A DNA stretch of 64,000 nt from a virus. Its lineage: Duplodnaviria; Heunggongvirae; Uroviricota; Caudoviricetes. Numbering within the stretch: position 1 is the first letter of the stretch; every line of letters starts with the position of its first letter. The stretch lies in the IMG/VR virus record IMGVR_UViG_3300042934_000212; one strand, given 5' to 3'. Both the position numbers and the translations under genes were made by a program. The notes beneath the pieces are model-generated. The model was given only the letters and a program-made list of their open reading frames with translations, ran no database searches and was not told where the DNA came from. This document shows positions 55,370-63,519 of this stretch, piece after piece.

Positions 55370-56224
55370 TTACTTAAGACTTACAAAAGGTACTGACGAA
55401 CCAGGAACGAACTGAGTAGGTAACACGCCGTCCCACTTGTCAACCGCTGCTAGCTGTACTAGCTGAGGATTGTTGTTTAGTGCATCTGCTTTAGCTTTAA
55501 TTGCTGCGGCATCTGCTTCACCTTGTAGGCGGGTAGCTTGTGCATCTGCTTTAGCCTGTGCAACTTTTGCATCAGCGGCAGCTTGTGCGTTAGTTACCTG
55601 GATCTGTGCGGTAACTTTCGATTCTTCCCACTGCTGCTGGCGTTTCGTTACTGCGATCTCCGCTTGCATACGTTCTTCAATTGACTTTTCATAAGCCGCA
55701 CTGAATGACAAGTTTTCGATCTGGACGCTTTCAATTAGTACCGGATAGTTAGCCATCGCTGCTTTAACCGCTAGGTTAAGATTGGTAACTAGCTTTTGGC
55801 GATCCTGTACAGCGGTAATTGCGTTGAATTGACCGAATACGTTTTCAAGTGCTTGCGGTACTTGACGATCAATTACACGGGCAACAAAGTTATCAATATT
55901 ACCGAACTGGCTATAAAGCTCGCCAACTTTACCAGGTGGAATAGAATACGAAACTGAAATATTCATATCTGCTGGTTGCTGGTCGCGGGAATATGCCTGA
56001 GTTTTTGGATAAGATTTACTTTGTCCAGAAACTTTAACTTCTACTACTGAATCAACAAACGGTTTTTTCCAGTGGAAGCCGGGATCGGCAATACCAGTTA
56101 ATTTACCGTTAGTAAGAATTACCGCACGATCTTGCTGGTCAACAGTGAACCACGATCCACCAGCTACACCTAGCCCAATTAGGACTAGAATTACAATAAC
56201 ACCCATACCCAAGTACTTACCCAT
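55370..56224 (-). CDS. SPFH/band-7 domain protein (HflK/C-prohibitin-stomatin-like)
   Basis: 284 aa. N-terminal TM helix. PGFHWKKPFVDSVVEVKVSGQS and the following region match the SPFH core. C-terminal Ala/Gln-rich coiled coil typical of HflK/C. Confidence 0.75.
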   Translation of the reverse strand: MGKYLGMGVIVILVLIGLGVAGGSWFTVDQQDRAVILTNGKLTGIADPGFHWKKPFVDSVVEVKVSGQSKSYPKTQAYSRDQQPADMNISVSYSIPPGKVGELYSQFGNIDNFVARVIDRQVPQALENVFGQFNAITAVQDRQKLVTNLNLAVKAAMANYPVLIESVQIENLSFSAAYEKSIEERMQAEIAVTKRQQQWEESKVTAQIQVTNAQAAADAKVAQAKADAQATRLQGEADAAAIKAKADALNNNPQLVQLAAVDKWDGVLPTQFVPGSSVPFVSLK

Positions 56225-56235
56225 TGTAACGCCTC

Positions 56236-56457
56236 TTAAGTTAATTTACCATCTTTATTATAAAGAAAAGAAGGAATATCCTTCCTGTTTAAATCGACAA
56301 CAAAACTACTATCGAATTCTTTTGCGAATTGCTCCGCATGTTCAACAGTCATCGGGGAACCATCAGGACGATTCGCCGCTTGATCTGCCTGAATAGTACA
56401 GCGAGGATAAAGATCATTTTGAGTAGAACGAATCTTACTAACTGGCTGTACTTTCAT
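56236..56457 (-). CDS. small hypothetical protein
   Basis: 73-aa ORF. Confidence 0.35.
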   Translation of the reverse strand: MKVQPVSKIRSTQNDLYPRCTIQADQAANRPDGSPMTVEHAEQFAKEFDSSFVVDLNRKDIPSFLYNKDGKLT

Positions 56458-56695
56458 TTTTTAAATCCTGCATCATTAAGTAAATGAGTGTAGAACAAAA
56501 CAACATCATCGCCGCGAATATTAGGAACATCGCATAACCATTCCCGACGATCATATAAGTTATAAAGTCTGCCTTATGACTATATGCAATCGCTGAGATT
56601 TTCCACATATAGTCATCATCATAGGTAATATAACACATACCCAAAGATAACAGTACAATCGCAATTAAAAGTAGAATGCCTTTTACTCTTTCCAT
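56438..56695 (-). CDS. small membrane protein
   Basis: 85 aa, 2-3 TM helices. Confidence 0.35.
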   Translation of the reverse strand: MERVKGILLLIAIVLLSLGMCYITYDDDYMWKISAIAYSHKADFITYMIVGNGYAMFLIFAAMMLFCSTLIYLMMQDLKNESTAS

Positions 56696-56724
56696 CAGTT
56701 TCCCTCTTAACTACAGACATTCTA

Positions 56725-57000
56725 TTACGGTTTGTCTGGATAGTCAATATCAAAATGATCTTTAATTGACTTTAAATTTTTAAATCTTGTTTTACCAGAT
56801 TCCATCATAAGCATAATGAACGGATAAACAACGCCCCACAAACCAGACTGAATACACGCGTTAAGCATAATAGCAAGCTGTTTCTGCCACGTAATGTACT
56901 CACCAAAATCCGTTACGATGGAAACTATTATACACAAAGCTATCGTAACTGTAAACGCTATTGCATAACCAATTACTAAACGTTGTAGAAAGATTCTCAT
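56725..57000 (-). CDS. small membrane protein
   Basis: 91 aa, 2-3 TM helices. Confidence 0.4.
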   Translation of the reverse strand: MRIFLQRLVIGYAIAFTVTIALCIIVSIVTDFGEYITWQKQLAIMLNACIQSGLWGVVYPFIMLMMESGKTRFKNLKSIKDHFDIDYPDKP

Positions 57001-57222
57001 TTAAAAGTACTTCCCGTTAATGTCTTCTTTGTTGATAATAGTAGCGTTTTCACCCTTTTGCATATAGCTGTCAATGTAACGCTGTGCTTGGGCTGGAGTA
57101 CTAAACAATCTAACATAGTTAGAGTTGAACGCTGGTTCTGTATTGCCGCCGACAAATGAACCTGATACTAATGATAACACGCCTGGTCTAAAAGCACTAC
57201 TAAAAGAAATCGCTACTGACAT
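57001..57222 (-). CDS. small hypothetical protein
   Basis: 73-aa ORF. Confidence 0.35.
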   Translation of the reverse strand: MSVAISFSSAFRPGVLSLVSGSFVGGNTEPAFNSNYVRLFSTPAQAQRYIDSYMQKGENATIINKEDINGKYF

Positions 57223-57274
57223 TTTGTTTTACTCTCTCTGTTTCAATAAGAGCATGATACCATAATCTAATGAT

Positions 57275-57400
57275 TGTGCAAGTACTTTTTAAATCGAAAG
57301 TATAATTTTAAATGCAAAATAGTTGTTGACACGCCAGCAGCAATAGGGCATAATTAGTACATAGACAGCGAAATGTCTTTGACCCATTGGGTGCGGAGTT
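57275..57400. repeat. long PeSL-like cassette (copy 4, truncated: promoter box + plus-strand TTGACA-N17-CATAAT + arm1 only)
   Basis: GTGCAAGTACTTTTTAAATCGAAAGTATAATT, then TTGACA (57326-57331) - N17 - CATAAT (57349-57354), then CCCATTGGGTGCGGAG (57383-57398). No downstream partner arm or terminator. Confidence 0.6.
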
Positions 57401-57470
57401 TTACCTGTAATATATAATGATCGAATAAGAAAAAAGTACTCGCAATTAGCAAGTACTTTTTGTTAATGTT

Positions 57471-57674
57471 TTACGCGGTCGCAGCGTGGTATTGTTTACC
57501 TTTAACTGGATGTTCGCCTGATTGTTTCCACCGGCAAACTTCCTGCTCCGCCTCATGGCGTGTCGCCCAATCATTAACATAACTATCGCAGAATCGAACA
57601 ACGAAACGTTTTTTTGCTGAGATATGTCCAGTGAATTCAGCAGTGATAGTATAACGACGATCTTTCTGTGCCAT
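57471..57674 (-). CDS. small hypothetical protein
   Basis: 67-aa ORF. Confidence 0.35.
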   Translation of the reverse strand: MAQKDRRYTITAEFTGHISAKKRFVVRFCDSYVNDWATRHEAEQEVCRWKQSGEHPVKGKQYHAATA

Positions 57675-57822
57675 GATGTGTATCTCTCAATTAATAAGGT
57701 TAGTTAAGTATTCAAGTACATTTAATAATACCGGTTGTACTTTATCCCAATTCATTAAAACCAGTACAGCGGCAATAAATCCAAATAAAAATTGCATTTT
57801 GAATCTCCTAGCCAGTAACTAC

Positions 57823-57851
57823 ATTATAAAGTACTCGCGTACATACTGCAA
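57823..57851 (-). promoter_or_regulatory. early sigma70-like promoter in short PeSL-type repeat (TTGCAG-N17-TATAAT)
   Basis: Minus-strand -10 TATAAT = rc of 57823-57828; -35 TTGCAG = rc of 57846-57851. Embedded in the repeat GTAACTACATTATAAAGTACTCGC-N-GCAAGTACTTTTGTTAATG. Confidence 0.5.
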
Positions 57852-57869
57852 GTACTTTTGTTAATGTTT

Positions 57870-58109
57870 TTACTTGCTGATTTCTACTAATGCATCAGCG
57901 TCGATGAAACCAACTACATTATAGCCTGCCAGGTTTACTACTGGCGTTTGATACTGTGCAATGTATTGAACGCTGGTATACTTGCCATAAACCGAACTGA
58001 TATAATCCTGGAGTTTATTGTGAACATCATCGGCGTTTTCGTCTTTGATAGTTACCGCCAGTACTTCAGCATGTCCGACAGTAGGCTGTACTTTAATAAT
58101 CTTCAACAT
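57870..58109 (-). CDS. small hypothetical protein
   Basis: 79-aa ORF. Confidence 0.35.
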   Translation of the reverse strand: MLKIIKVQPTVGHAEVLAVTIKDENADDVHNKLQDYISSVYGKYTSVQYIAQYQTPVVNLAGYNVVGFIDADALVEISK

Positions 58110-58176
58110 AATGTTTTTTCTCTCTCAATTAAAATGATAACTTAATTATACAGTGCTTTTCGATTAGTGCAAGTAA

Positions 58177-58431
58177 TTATTTTGTTTTTAAATGTACTTC
58201 CAATGCCTTTGTCATACGATTACGCATGACCTTTAACATTTGTCGCTTACATGATAACGCGGTCTTATCATCCAGTTTAGACAGTCCTGGGCGTTTCATG
58301 GAATAACTTTGCAGTACTCGCCAATTGGGGCCGCGTATACTATAGATCCTACAAGTGATACGATCACTAATACAGTCGAATAAAACAACTAATGACCGTG
58401 TACAATACAACACTGAATGACTATCCGACAT
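58177..58431 (-). CDS. small hypothetical protein
   Basis: 84-aa ORF. Confidence 0.3.
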   Translation of the reverse strand: MSDSHSVLYCTRSLVVLFDCISDRITCRIYSIRGPNWRVLQSYSMKRPGLSKLDDKTALSCKRQMLKVMRNRMTKALEVHLKTK

Positions 58432-58476
58432 TATACAACCTCCTGTATATGGGGGATTGATAATCCCCCTCAGTTG

Positions 58477-58797
58477 TTAATCGTCTGGATTTTCTACATC
58501 ATACGCGGGTTCAATCTTTTCACCCGTATGATCATCATAGAGATCATCATTTTCGTAATTCACTTCAACCCCGACGATATGCCACTGGCTATCATCTGGA
58601 TCATTAAAGTTGACTTTATGATACTCATTGATAACAGTATCAATAGCCAGGAAACCGCCATCAGCCGTAATAAAGTACTGGTACTTTTCATAACCGCCTG
58701 AATTGAAGCCCCAATTGATGGACGGCGTACCATCATCCAATCTGATAGCCTGGCCGATGAATTCATTTTCGAAATTGCTTTGAGTATTTGAAATCAT
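58477..58797 (-). CDS. hypothetical acidic protein
   Basis: 106-aa ORF. Confidence 0.4.
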   Translation of the reverse strand: MISNTQSNFENEFIGQAIRLDDGTPSINWGFNSGGYEKYQYFITADGGFLAIDTVINEYHKVNFNDPDDSQWHIVGVEVNYENDDLYDDHTGEKIEPAYDVENPDD

Positions 58798-58830
58798 TCT
58801 TTATTACCTCATATCGTTTAAAGTAACTAC

Positions 58831-58859
58831 ATTATAAAGTACTTGCTCACATATTACAA
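58831..58859 (-). promoter_or_regulatory. early sigma70-like promoter in short repeat (TTGTAA-N17-TATAAT)
   Basis: -10 = rc of 58831-58836; -35 = rc of 58854-58859; same repeat family. Confidence 0.45.
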
Positions 58860-59061
58860 GTACTTTTAATGTTTACTGATCCCAATATTTCTGCAAAGAT
58901 TGATATGTAATTCTGTACTGATTAGCCGCCAGCATTAAAGCATCAGTTTCGGTTCTTTCTTCTGTTTGCATAAGATGCCAGGCATAATCACTGGCTAACT
59001 CATAACTAGATGAATCAAATTCTTCTTCTCTCATATATCCCCCTGTTGTTAAAGTAAGTAC

Positions 59062-59089
59062 ATTATAAAGTACTCGCTAATAAGTGCAA
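59062..59089 (-). promoter_or_regulatory. early sigma70-like promoter in short repeat (TTGCAC-N16-TATAAT)
   Basis: -10 = rc of 59062-59067; -35 = rc of 59084-59089. Confidence 0.45.
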
Positions 59090-59111
59090 GTACTTTTAAT
59101 GTCTTTACCGA

Positions 59112-59381
59112 TTAATGTAATATATCACAAAGAATATTATCACGCTTAATCGCTTCTTTAACGTAATAACGATAATGAGTAACCGCTGCGATATAAGTTT
59201 CGAAATCGTGATACTCAGTTTTACCATTGATTTGAGCAGTTACATAATAACCAACTTTAATGTGCTCACCGTGAAAATTAAAAGAATCTTTTTGAGTCAG
59301 TGCTACGAAATCCTTTTGAGTAGACAATCTAGCAACTTCAGTATCTTTTGAATCAAACTCACAAGTATCTTTAAATGACAT
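59112..59381 (-). CDS. small hypothetical protein
   Basis: 89-aa ORF. Confidence 0.35.
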   Translation of the reverse strand: MSFKDTCEFDSKDTEVARLSTQKDFVALTQKDSFNFHGEHIKVGYYVTAQINGKTEYHDFETYIAAVTHYRYYVKEAIKRDNILCDILH

Positions 59382-59399
59382 TTTTCTTTCTCCGCTTTG

Positions 59400-59572
59400 T
59401 TTCGATATAAGTAAGTATACTCTCTTTTAGTTTATGTGCAAGTACTTTTTAAATTAAAAGTATAATTATATTTTTTAACAGATACAATTCAGCACCCTTG
59501 TGGGTTTGACCGTTTCGCCGGATTAAGATAAGTATACTAAAAGGGCTGACTTGCGTCAACCCCTTTTTTCAA
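59400..59572. repeat. long PeSL-like cassette (copy 5)
   Basis: GTGCAAGTACTTTTTAAATTAAAAGTATAATT box, CAGCACCCTTGTGGG box variant, and terminator GGGCTGAC-ttgc-GTCAACCC + TTTTTTC (59543-59570). Confidence 0.6.
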
Positions 59573-59998
59573 TTATTCTTCTACCAGGTCGCGAACATCA
59601 CCGCTTGCAATCCATAGCAGTTTAACATACAAATCATTGTCAGATTCCTGGGATAATTCTGCATCATCCCATCCACCAGTTTCTAACAGTACTGATACAA
59701 TCGTTTCGCGTGGGATCGCCTGCAATGTTTCCAGGAAGTAAGGCAGTTCTGCTTTTACAGATTCCTCACAATCCCCGGCATGATGCATAGTATAGACCTG
59801 TTCCAGATCCCGAAAGGTAAACTCAATCTTTCCGCAAGATGACGTGAACCAGATGCTTTCATCTTCTGTTTCAGGGATAGCAACGTGATTTGCATCAGCG
59901 TTATGATCTGTACAATCATCTGCATCAATATGATGCGATACGCCGTTATCCAGTACTTTGCAACGTTCACCACATTCTTTACAATAATCAATTCTCAT
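59573..59998 (-). CDS. hypothetical Cys/His-rich protein
   Basis: Start trimmed to the ATG 15 nt inside the ORF-track start (track begins at a TTG within the conserved TTGAGAGAA RBS). CKECGERC and H-rich segment suggest metal binding. Confidence 0.4.
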   Translation of the reverse strand: MRIDYCKECGERCKVLDNGVSHHIDADDCTDHNADANHVAIPETEDESIWFTSSCGKIEFTFRDLEQVYTMHHAGDCEESVKAELPYFLETLQAIPRETIVSVLLETGGWDDAELSQESDNDLYVKLLWIASGDVRDLVEE

Positions 59999-60034
59999 TT
60001 TGTATTCTCTCAATTAAAATAAGTCAGTAACTAC

Positions 60035-60062
60035 ATTATAAAGTACTCGCCAATAAGTGCAA
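60035..60062 (-). promoter_or_regulatory. early sigma70-like promoter in short repeat (TTGCAC-N16-TATAAT)
   Basis: -10 = rc of 60035-60040; -35 = rc of 60057-60062. Confidence 0.45.
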
Positions 60063-60080
60063 GTACTTTTGATAATGTTT

Positions 60081-60356
60081 TTACGGATTAATCAATCCTT
60101 CAGCAATAACAGTATTGATCGCAGAAATGATACGATTGTCAGATAAACCCTGCTCGGAATCACTATTATCAATATATGCCGCGACAATACGACATTCTTC
60201 GCGATCAAGTCCGATATTCATATCGCGAGCTACATCACGAATATCATCCTCGTCCCACATATCAGCAACAATAACCATGTTTTTATTTGGATACATGGTT
60301 TCAAGTTGTTGAATAAGATCAGCAACGGTCATTGATTTATTTTCATATGCTTTCAT
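60081..60356 (-). CDS. small hypothetical acidic protein
   Basis: ATG at 60356-60354 verified; the ORF-track TTG start lies in the RBS. Confidence 0.4.
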   Translation of the reverse strand: MKAYENKSMTVADLIQQLETMYPNKNMVIVADMWDEDDIRDVARDMNIGLDREECRIVAAYIDNSDSEQGLSDNRIISAINTVIAEGLINP

Positions 60357-60399
60357 TTTGTATTCTCTCAATTAAAAGTACTTCGGTTTCAGTAACTAC

Positions 60400-60427
60400 A
60401 TTATAAAGTACTCGCTAATTAATGCAA
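60400..60427 (-). promoter_or_regulatory. early sigma70-like promoter in short repeat (TTGCAT-N16-TATAAT)
   Basis: -10 = rc of 60400-60405; -35 = rc of 60422-60427. AAGTACTT palindromes centred 20 bp apart (60426-60433 and 60407-60412) overlap the -35 and spacer/-10. Confidence 0.5.
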
Positions 60428-60445
60428 GTACTTTTGATAATGTTT

Positions 60446-60790
60446 TTACGCGTCGTCTGCCATATTATCCACCAGCTCATAAACTGGATTTAGCAGATCA
60501 TCAAAGGCCGCATGATCACCACTTGCAGTATTTGCAATGAGATCTAAACCATCATTTCCGTTATTATAGATAAGCAGGATTGAACCGATTTGATAAGGAT
60601 CATCTTTCTTTAAGACGCGGAGCCAGTCCAGGCCAGAACTGTTAAGGGCTTCTTTGATTGTGGTAACATCACTTGAACGGCGTAACACAAACTCCTCACC
60701 GTCGAAAATGCTTACCTCATAGCCAGCAGCAAAAACAGTACTCAAAATGCAATCAATGATTCTGTTTTCTTTTTCCAGGAGTGCAGCCAT
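60446..60790 (-). CDS. hypothetical acidic protein
   Basis: 114-aa ORF. Confidence 0.4.
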   Translation of the reverse strand: MAALLEKENRIIDCILSTVFAAGYEVSIFDGEEFVLRRSSDVTTIKEALNSSGLDWLRVLKKDDPYQIGSILLIYNNGNDGLDLIANTASGDHAAFDDLLNPVYELVDNMADDA

Positions 60791-60831
60791 AATATCCTCT
60801 CAATTAAAAGTAATTCGTTTTCAGTAACTAC

Positions 60832-60859
60832 ATTATAAAGTACTCGCTAATTAATGCAA
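60832..60859 (-). promoter_or_regulatory. early sigma70-like promoter in short repeat (TTGCAT-N16-TATAAT)
   Basis: -10 = rc of 60832-60837; -35 = rc of 60854-60859. Confidence 0.45.
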
Positions 60860-60877
60860 GTACTTTTGTTAATGTTT

Positions 60878-61270
60878 TTACTTATTCAAATAACGATGAA
60901 AGTAATACATTGGGGAATGCTGGCGATCTTTTGCCGCTGGCACTTTATATTTGCAGAGTTCGTATACTTTCTGCATCATCTGGATCTCAGAAGCCCGCAA
61001 AGCATAGTATTCAGTGTTTTTAACATCAATCGCGAAATGTTGCAGTAGTAAAGCCCTGGCTGATTCAGCACTTAAGCCATTGTGAAGCACGGCGGCTTTT
61101 TCTTCAAACGCCTTAAGCATTTCCTCGTTAGGCAGATTCTTACGAGGTAACGCATTGATCGTCGCCTTATGGAACTTTTTACCATTGGCTAACAGCAATT
61201 CATGAACTGACATATCTTTGCCGTTGAACATAAAGCAAAAACCGTTTTTATAACCTCTGACTTCTAACAT
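60878..61270 (-). CDS. hypothetical protein
   Basis: 130-aa ORF. Confidence 0.4.
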   Translation of the reverse strand: MLEVRGYKNGFCFMFNGKDMSVHELLLANGKKFHKATINALPRKNLPNEEMLKAFEEKAAVLHNGLSAESARALLLQHFAIDVKNTEYYALRASEIQMMQKVYELCKYKVPAAKDRQHSPMYYFHRYLNK

Positions 61271-61350
61271 AATAGCCTCTCAATTAAAATTAACCAACTA
61301 AACAATATTGTATAGTACTATCACTTAATTAGCAATAGTACTACGGCAAT

Positions 61351-61647
61351 TTATTCAGTAACTTCTACAGTCCATCCTTTACAGATACTGATATAATTAA
61401 TCCAGTCCTGGTCATTCCATCGGGCAGTAGTTACGCCTGGAACACTGAAGCGATAAAGGTTAGCCGCGTAAGCCTGTTCCTTAGTGTAAGGAATAGTATT
61501 AAGTACTTCAGCAATTGCCACCGGATCAATATTACCCGCGTTTGCCTGGTTTTCGATAGCCTGGAAATGTTGCGAGTACATTGCCTTTTTGTAATGTTCC
61601 ATTACTTTAAGTGACAGTACATCTAAAGCACCATTTGAAATCGCCAT
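61351..61647 (-). CDS. hypothetical protein
   Basis: Start trimmed 15 nt to the ATG (MAISNGALDV). Confidence 0.4.
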   Translation of the reverse strand: MAISNGALDVLSLKVMEHYKKAMYSQHFQAIENQANAGNIDPVAIAEVLNTIPYTKEQAYAANLYRFSVPGVTTARWNDQDWINYISICKGWTVEVTE

Positions 61648-61737
61648 ATTAAATCCTCTCAATTAAAATTAACTACTAACAAATCAATAAGTTTATTATA
61701 TAGTACTCGCTTGTTATTGCAAGTACTATCGAACTAC

Positions 61738-62139
61738 TTAGAGATCTTTTTTACGCTTCACATCATTGCAGTTATCAAAATATGGAATTGATAACATGTT
61801 GCACAATGTGTAAAGAGTACGTACACGAACATTATCAAAGTCGATAAAGTTTCCTTGTACTGCTTCGCGGAAAATAGTATAGCCAGTGTATTCGTACTGA
61901 TTACCATAGCCGCACATTAACTCATTGCGTACTACATCGATCCAGATCTGTTCCCCTTCAGGCCGGTTATAGTGGTTAGCGTTTAACTCGTTTGCCTTTT
62001 CCACATCAACCAGGCAGGAAACGTAAGTACTATGATACGTTACGCCTAAAGAATCAGTCCAACGATTGCCTGTAAGAGTAATGCCCTTAATATCTTCCAG
62101 GGTTAAACGTGCAATTGTGATTCTAGTATCTTTGTCCAT
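61738..62139 (-). CDS. hypothetical protein
   Basis: 133-aa ORF. Confidence 0.4.
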   Translation of the reverse strand: MDKDTRITIARLTLEDIKGITLTGNRWTDSLGVTYHSTYVSCLVDVEKANELNANHYNRPEGEQIWIDVVRNELMCGYGNQYEYTGYTIFREAVQGNFIDFDNVRVRTLYTLCNMLSIPYFDNCNDVKRKKDL

Positions 62140-62164
62140 CTGGTAATCCTCTCAATTAAAATTG

Positions 62165-62345
62165 TGTTTCCCGTTTCGATATAAAAGATTATACGCGATT
62201 CTAATTCATGTGCAAGTACTTTTTAAAAAGAATTTATAATTATATTTTTTAATGGGTATACCTCTGCACCCTATGGGCTACGCCATTTCGCTGGCTTGCA
62301 AGTACTATAACAAAAGAGGCTAACTTTCGTCAACCTCTTTTTTCA
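62165..62345. repeat. long PeSL-like cassette (copy 6)
   Basis: GTGCAAGTACTTTTTAAAAAGAATTTATAATT box, CTGCACCCTATGGGCTACGCC box, GCAAGTACT, and terminator GAGGCTAAC-tttc-GTCAACCTC + TTTTTTC (62313-62345). Confidence 0.6.
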
Positions 62346-62346
62346 A

Positions 62347-62604
62347 TTATTTCCAATCTGCCGGATCTTCTTCGCAGACATAAACAACATCATCATTCAC
62401 CAGGTTAGCGGCTAACTCAACATCACCGCGTAACTCGTTTGTTTCGATAGTGATTGACGACATAGAAACATCGTGATTCTTTTCGTCATTGTAAAGCCTG
62501 GCCGGATCTGCTGCCAGTACTTTAACACTACCAGACAGAACCATCATATCCAGTACAGCTAACATCGTTGCCGCTGATTTGGTATACAGAGTTACAATAT
62601 TCAT
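62347..62604 (-). CDS. small hypothetical protein
   Basis: ATG at 62604-62602 verified (MNIVTLYT). Confidence 0.4.
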   Translation of the reverse strand: MNIVTLYTKSAATMLAVLDMMVLSGSVKVLAADPARLYNDEKNHDVSMSSITIETNELRGDVELAANLVNDDVVYVCEEDPADWK

Positions 62605-62642
62605 AAAGCCTCTCAATTAAAATTAACTACCGGATATAACTA

Positions 62643-62670
62643 ATTATAAAGTACTCGCAGAATTAAGCAA
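62643..62670 (-). promoter_or_regulatory. early sigma70-like promoter in short repeat (TTGCTT-N16-TATAAT)
   Basis: -10 = rc of 62643-62648; -35 = rc of 62665-62670. Confidence 0.4.
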
Positions 62671-62687
62671 GTACTTTTGATAATTAA

Positions 62688-62894
62688 TTATACTAATTCG
62701 ATTTCAGTAATGCTACCATCTGCCGAAATAACCTGAATTGTTTTACCGGCATCTTTTGCATTTTGAAAATATTCAAGTACTTTATATGCCTTTTGTGTAA
62801 CATCACCATAAGAGCTTGAATCGGTTTTTTGTTTCAACTCACACAAACGAGCAAAGGATTTCTCTGTAATATCGATCTGAATACGCTTTGGCAT
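62688..62894 (-). CDS. small hypothetical protein
   Basis: 68-aa ORF. Confidence 0.35.
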   Translation of the reverse strand: MPKRIQIDITEKSFARLCELKQKTDSSSYGDVTQKAYKVLEYFQNAKDAGKTIQVISADGSITEIELV

Positions 62895-62933
62895 GTTATC
62901 CTCTCAATTAAAATTAACTACCGGATATAACTA

Positions 62934-62961
62934 ATTATAAAGTACTCGCCGGGTAATGCAA
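62934..62961 (-). promoter_or_regulatory. early sigma70-like promoter in short repeat (TTGCAT-N16-TATAAT)
   Basis: -10 = rc of 62934-62939; -35 = rc of 62956-62961. Confidence 0.45.
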
Positions 62962-62978
62962 GTACTTTTGATAATTAA

Positions 62979-63434
62979 TTATAGATACTTTTCAGGGATA
63001 GAATCTTGCTGAATGATTTGCTTTTCAGCCGCAAGTTCTGTTACAAAATCTTTGAGCTTTTTAAAGTACTTGTCATAACCCGCGATGATCTTTGCCGTAT
63101 CGCCTTTAATCTTGCGTACTGATACTTTGCGGCTTTCGGCGTACATGTGCGGCTTCTCAGTAATGCAAGTAACCCACACGCCGTCAAATTCAACTTCCAG
63201 ATCCTGGAGTTCAACTTCTGAATCATTAAACTTGATTCCTTTGTGAATGTATGAACGAAACGTAATAGGATCATTGGCTCTGATTTTTGCGGAAACATCC
63301 TCAATATCACCAATCAAACCGCAGAAGATTGCAACACCGCCGCCTAGTGCTAGTGGGCTGATTCGAATACTTCCATTAGGAAAGTACTTGTGAAACGCGG
63401 TAGTTACTGCTGCCTGGAGTTCGTTAGCTGTCAT
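62979..63434 (-). CDS. hypothetical protein
   Basis: Start trimmed to the internal ATG (MTANELQAAV). Possible 1-nt uncertainty in my coordinate count here. Confidence 0.4.
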   Translation of the reverse strand: MTANELQAAVTTAFHKYFPNGSIRISPLALGGGVAIFCGLIGDIEDVSAKIRANDPITFRSYIHKGIKFNDSEVELQDLEVEFDGVWVTCITEKPHMYAESRKVSVRKIKGDTAKIIAGYDKYFKKLKDFVTELAAEKQIIQQDSIPEKYL

Positions 63435-63470
63435 GTTATGTTCTCTCAATTAAAAAGTTACTGTATAACT

Positions 63471-63498
63471 AATTATAAAGTACTCGCAGAATTAAGCA
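63471..63498 (-). promoter_or_regulatory. early sigma70-like promoter in short repeat (TTGCTT-N16-TATAAT)
   Basis: -10 = rc of 63471-63476; -35 = rc of 63493-63498. Confidence 0.4.
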
Positions 63499-63519
63499 AG
63501 TACTTTTGATAATTAATTA

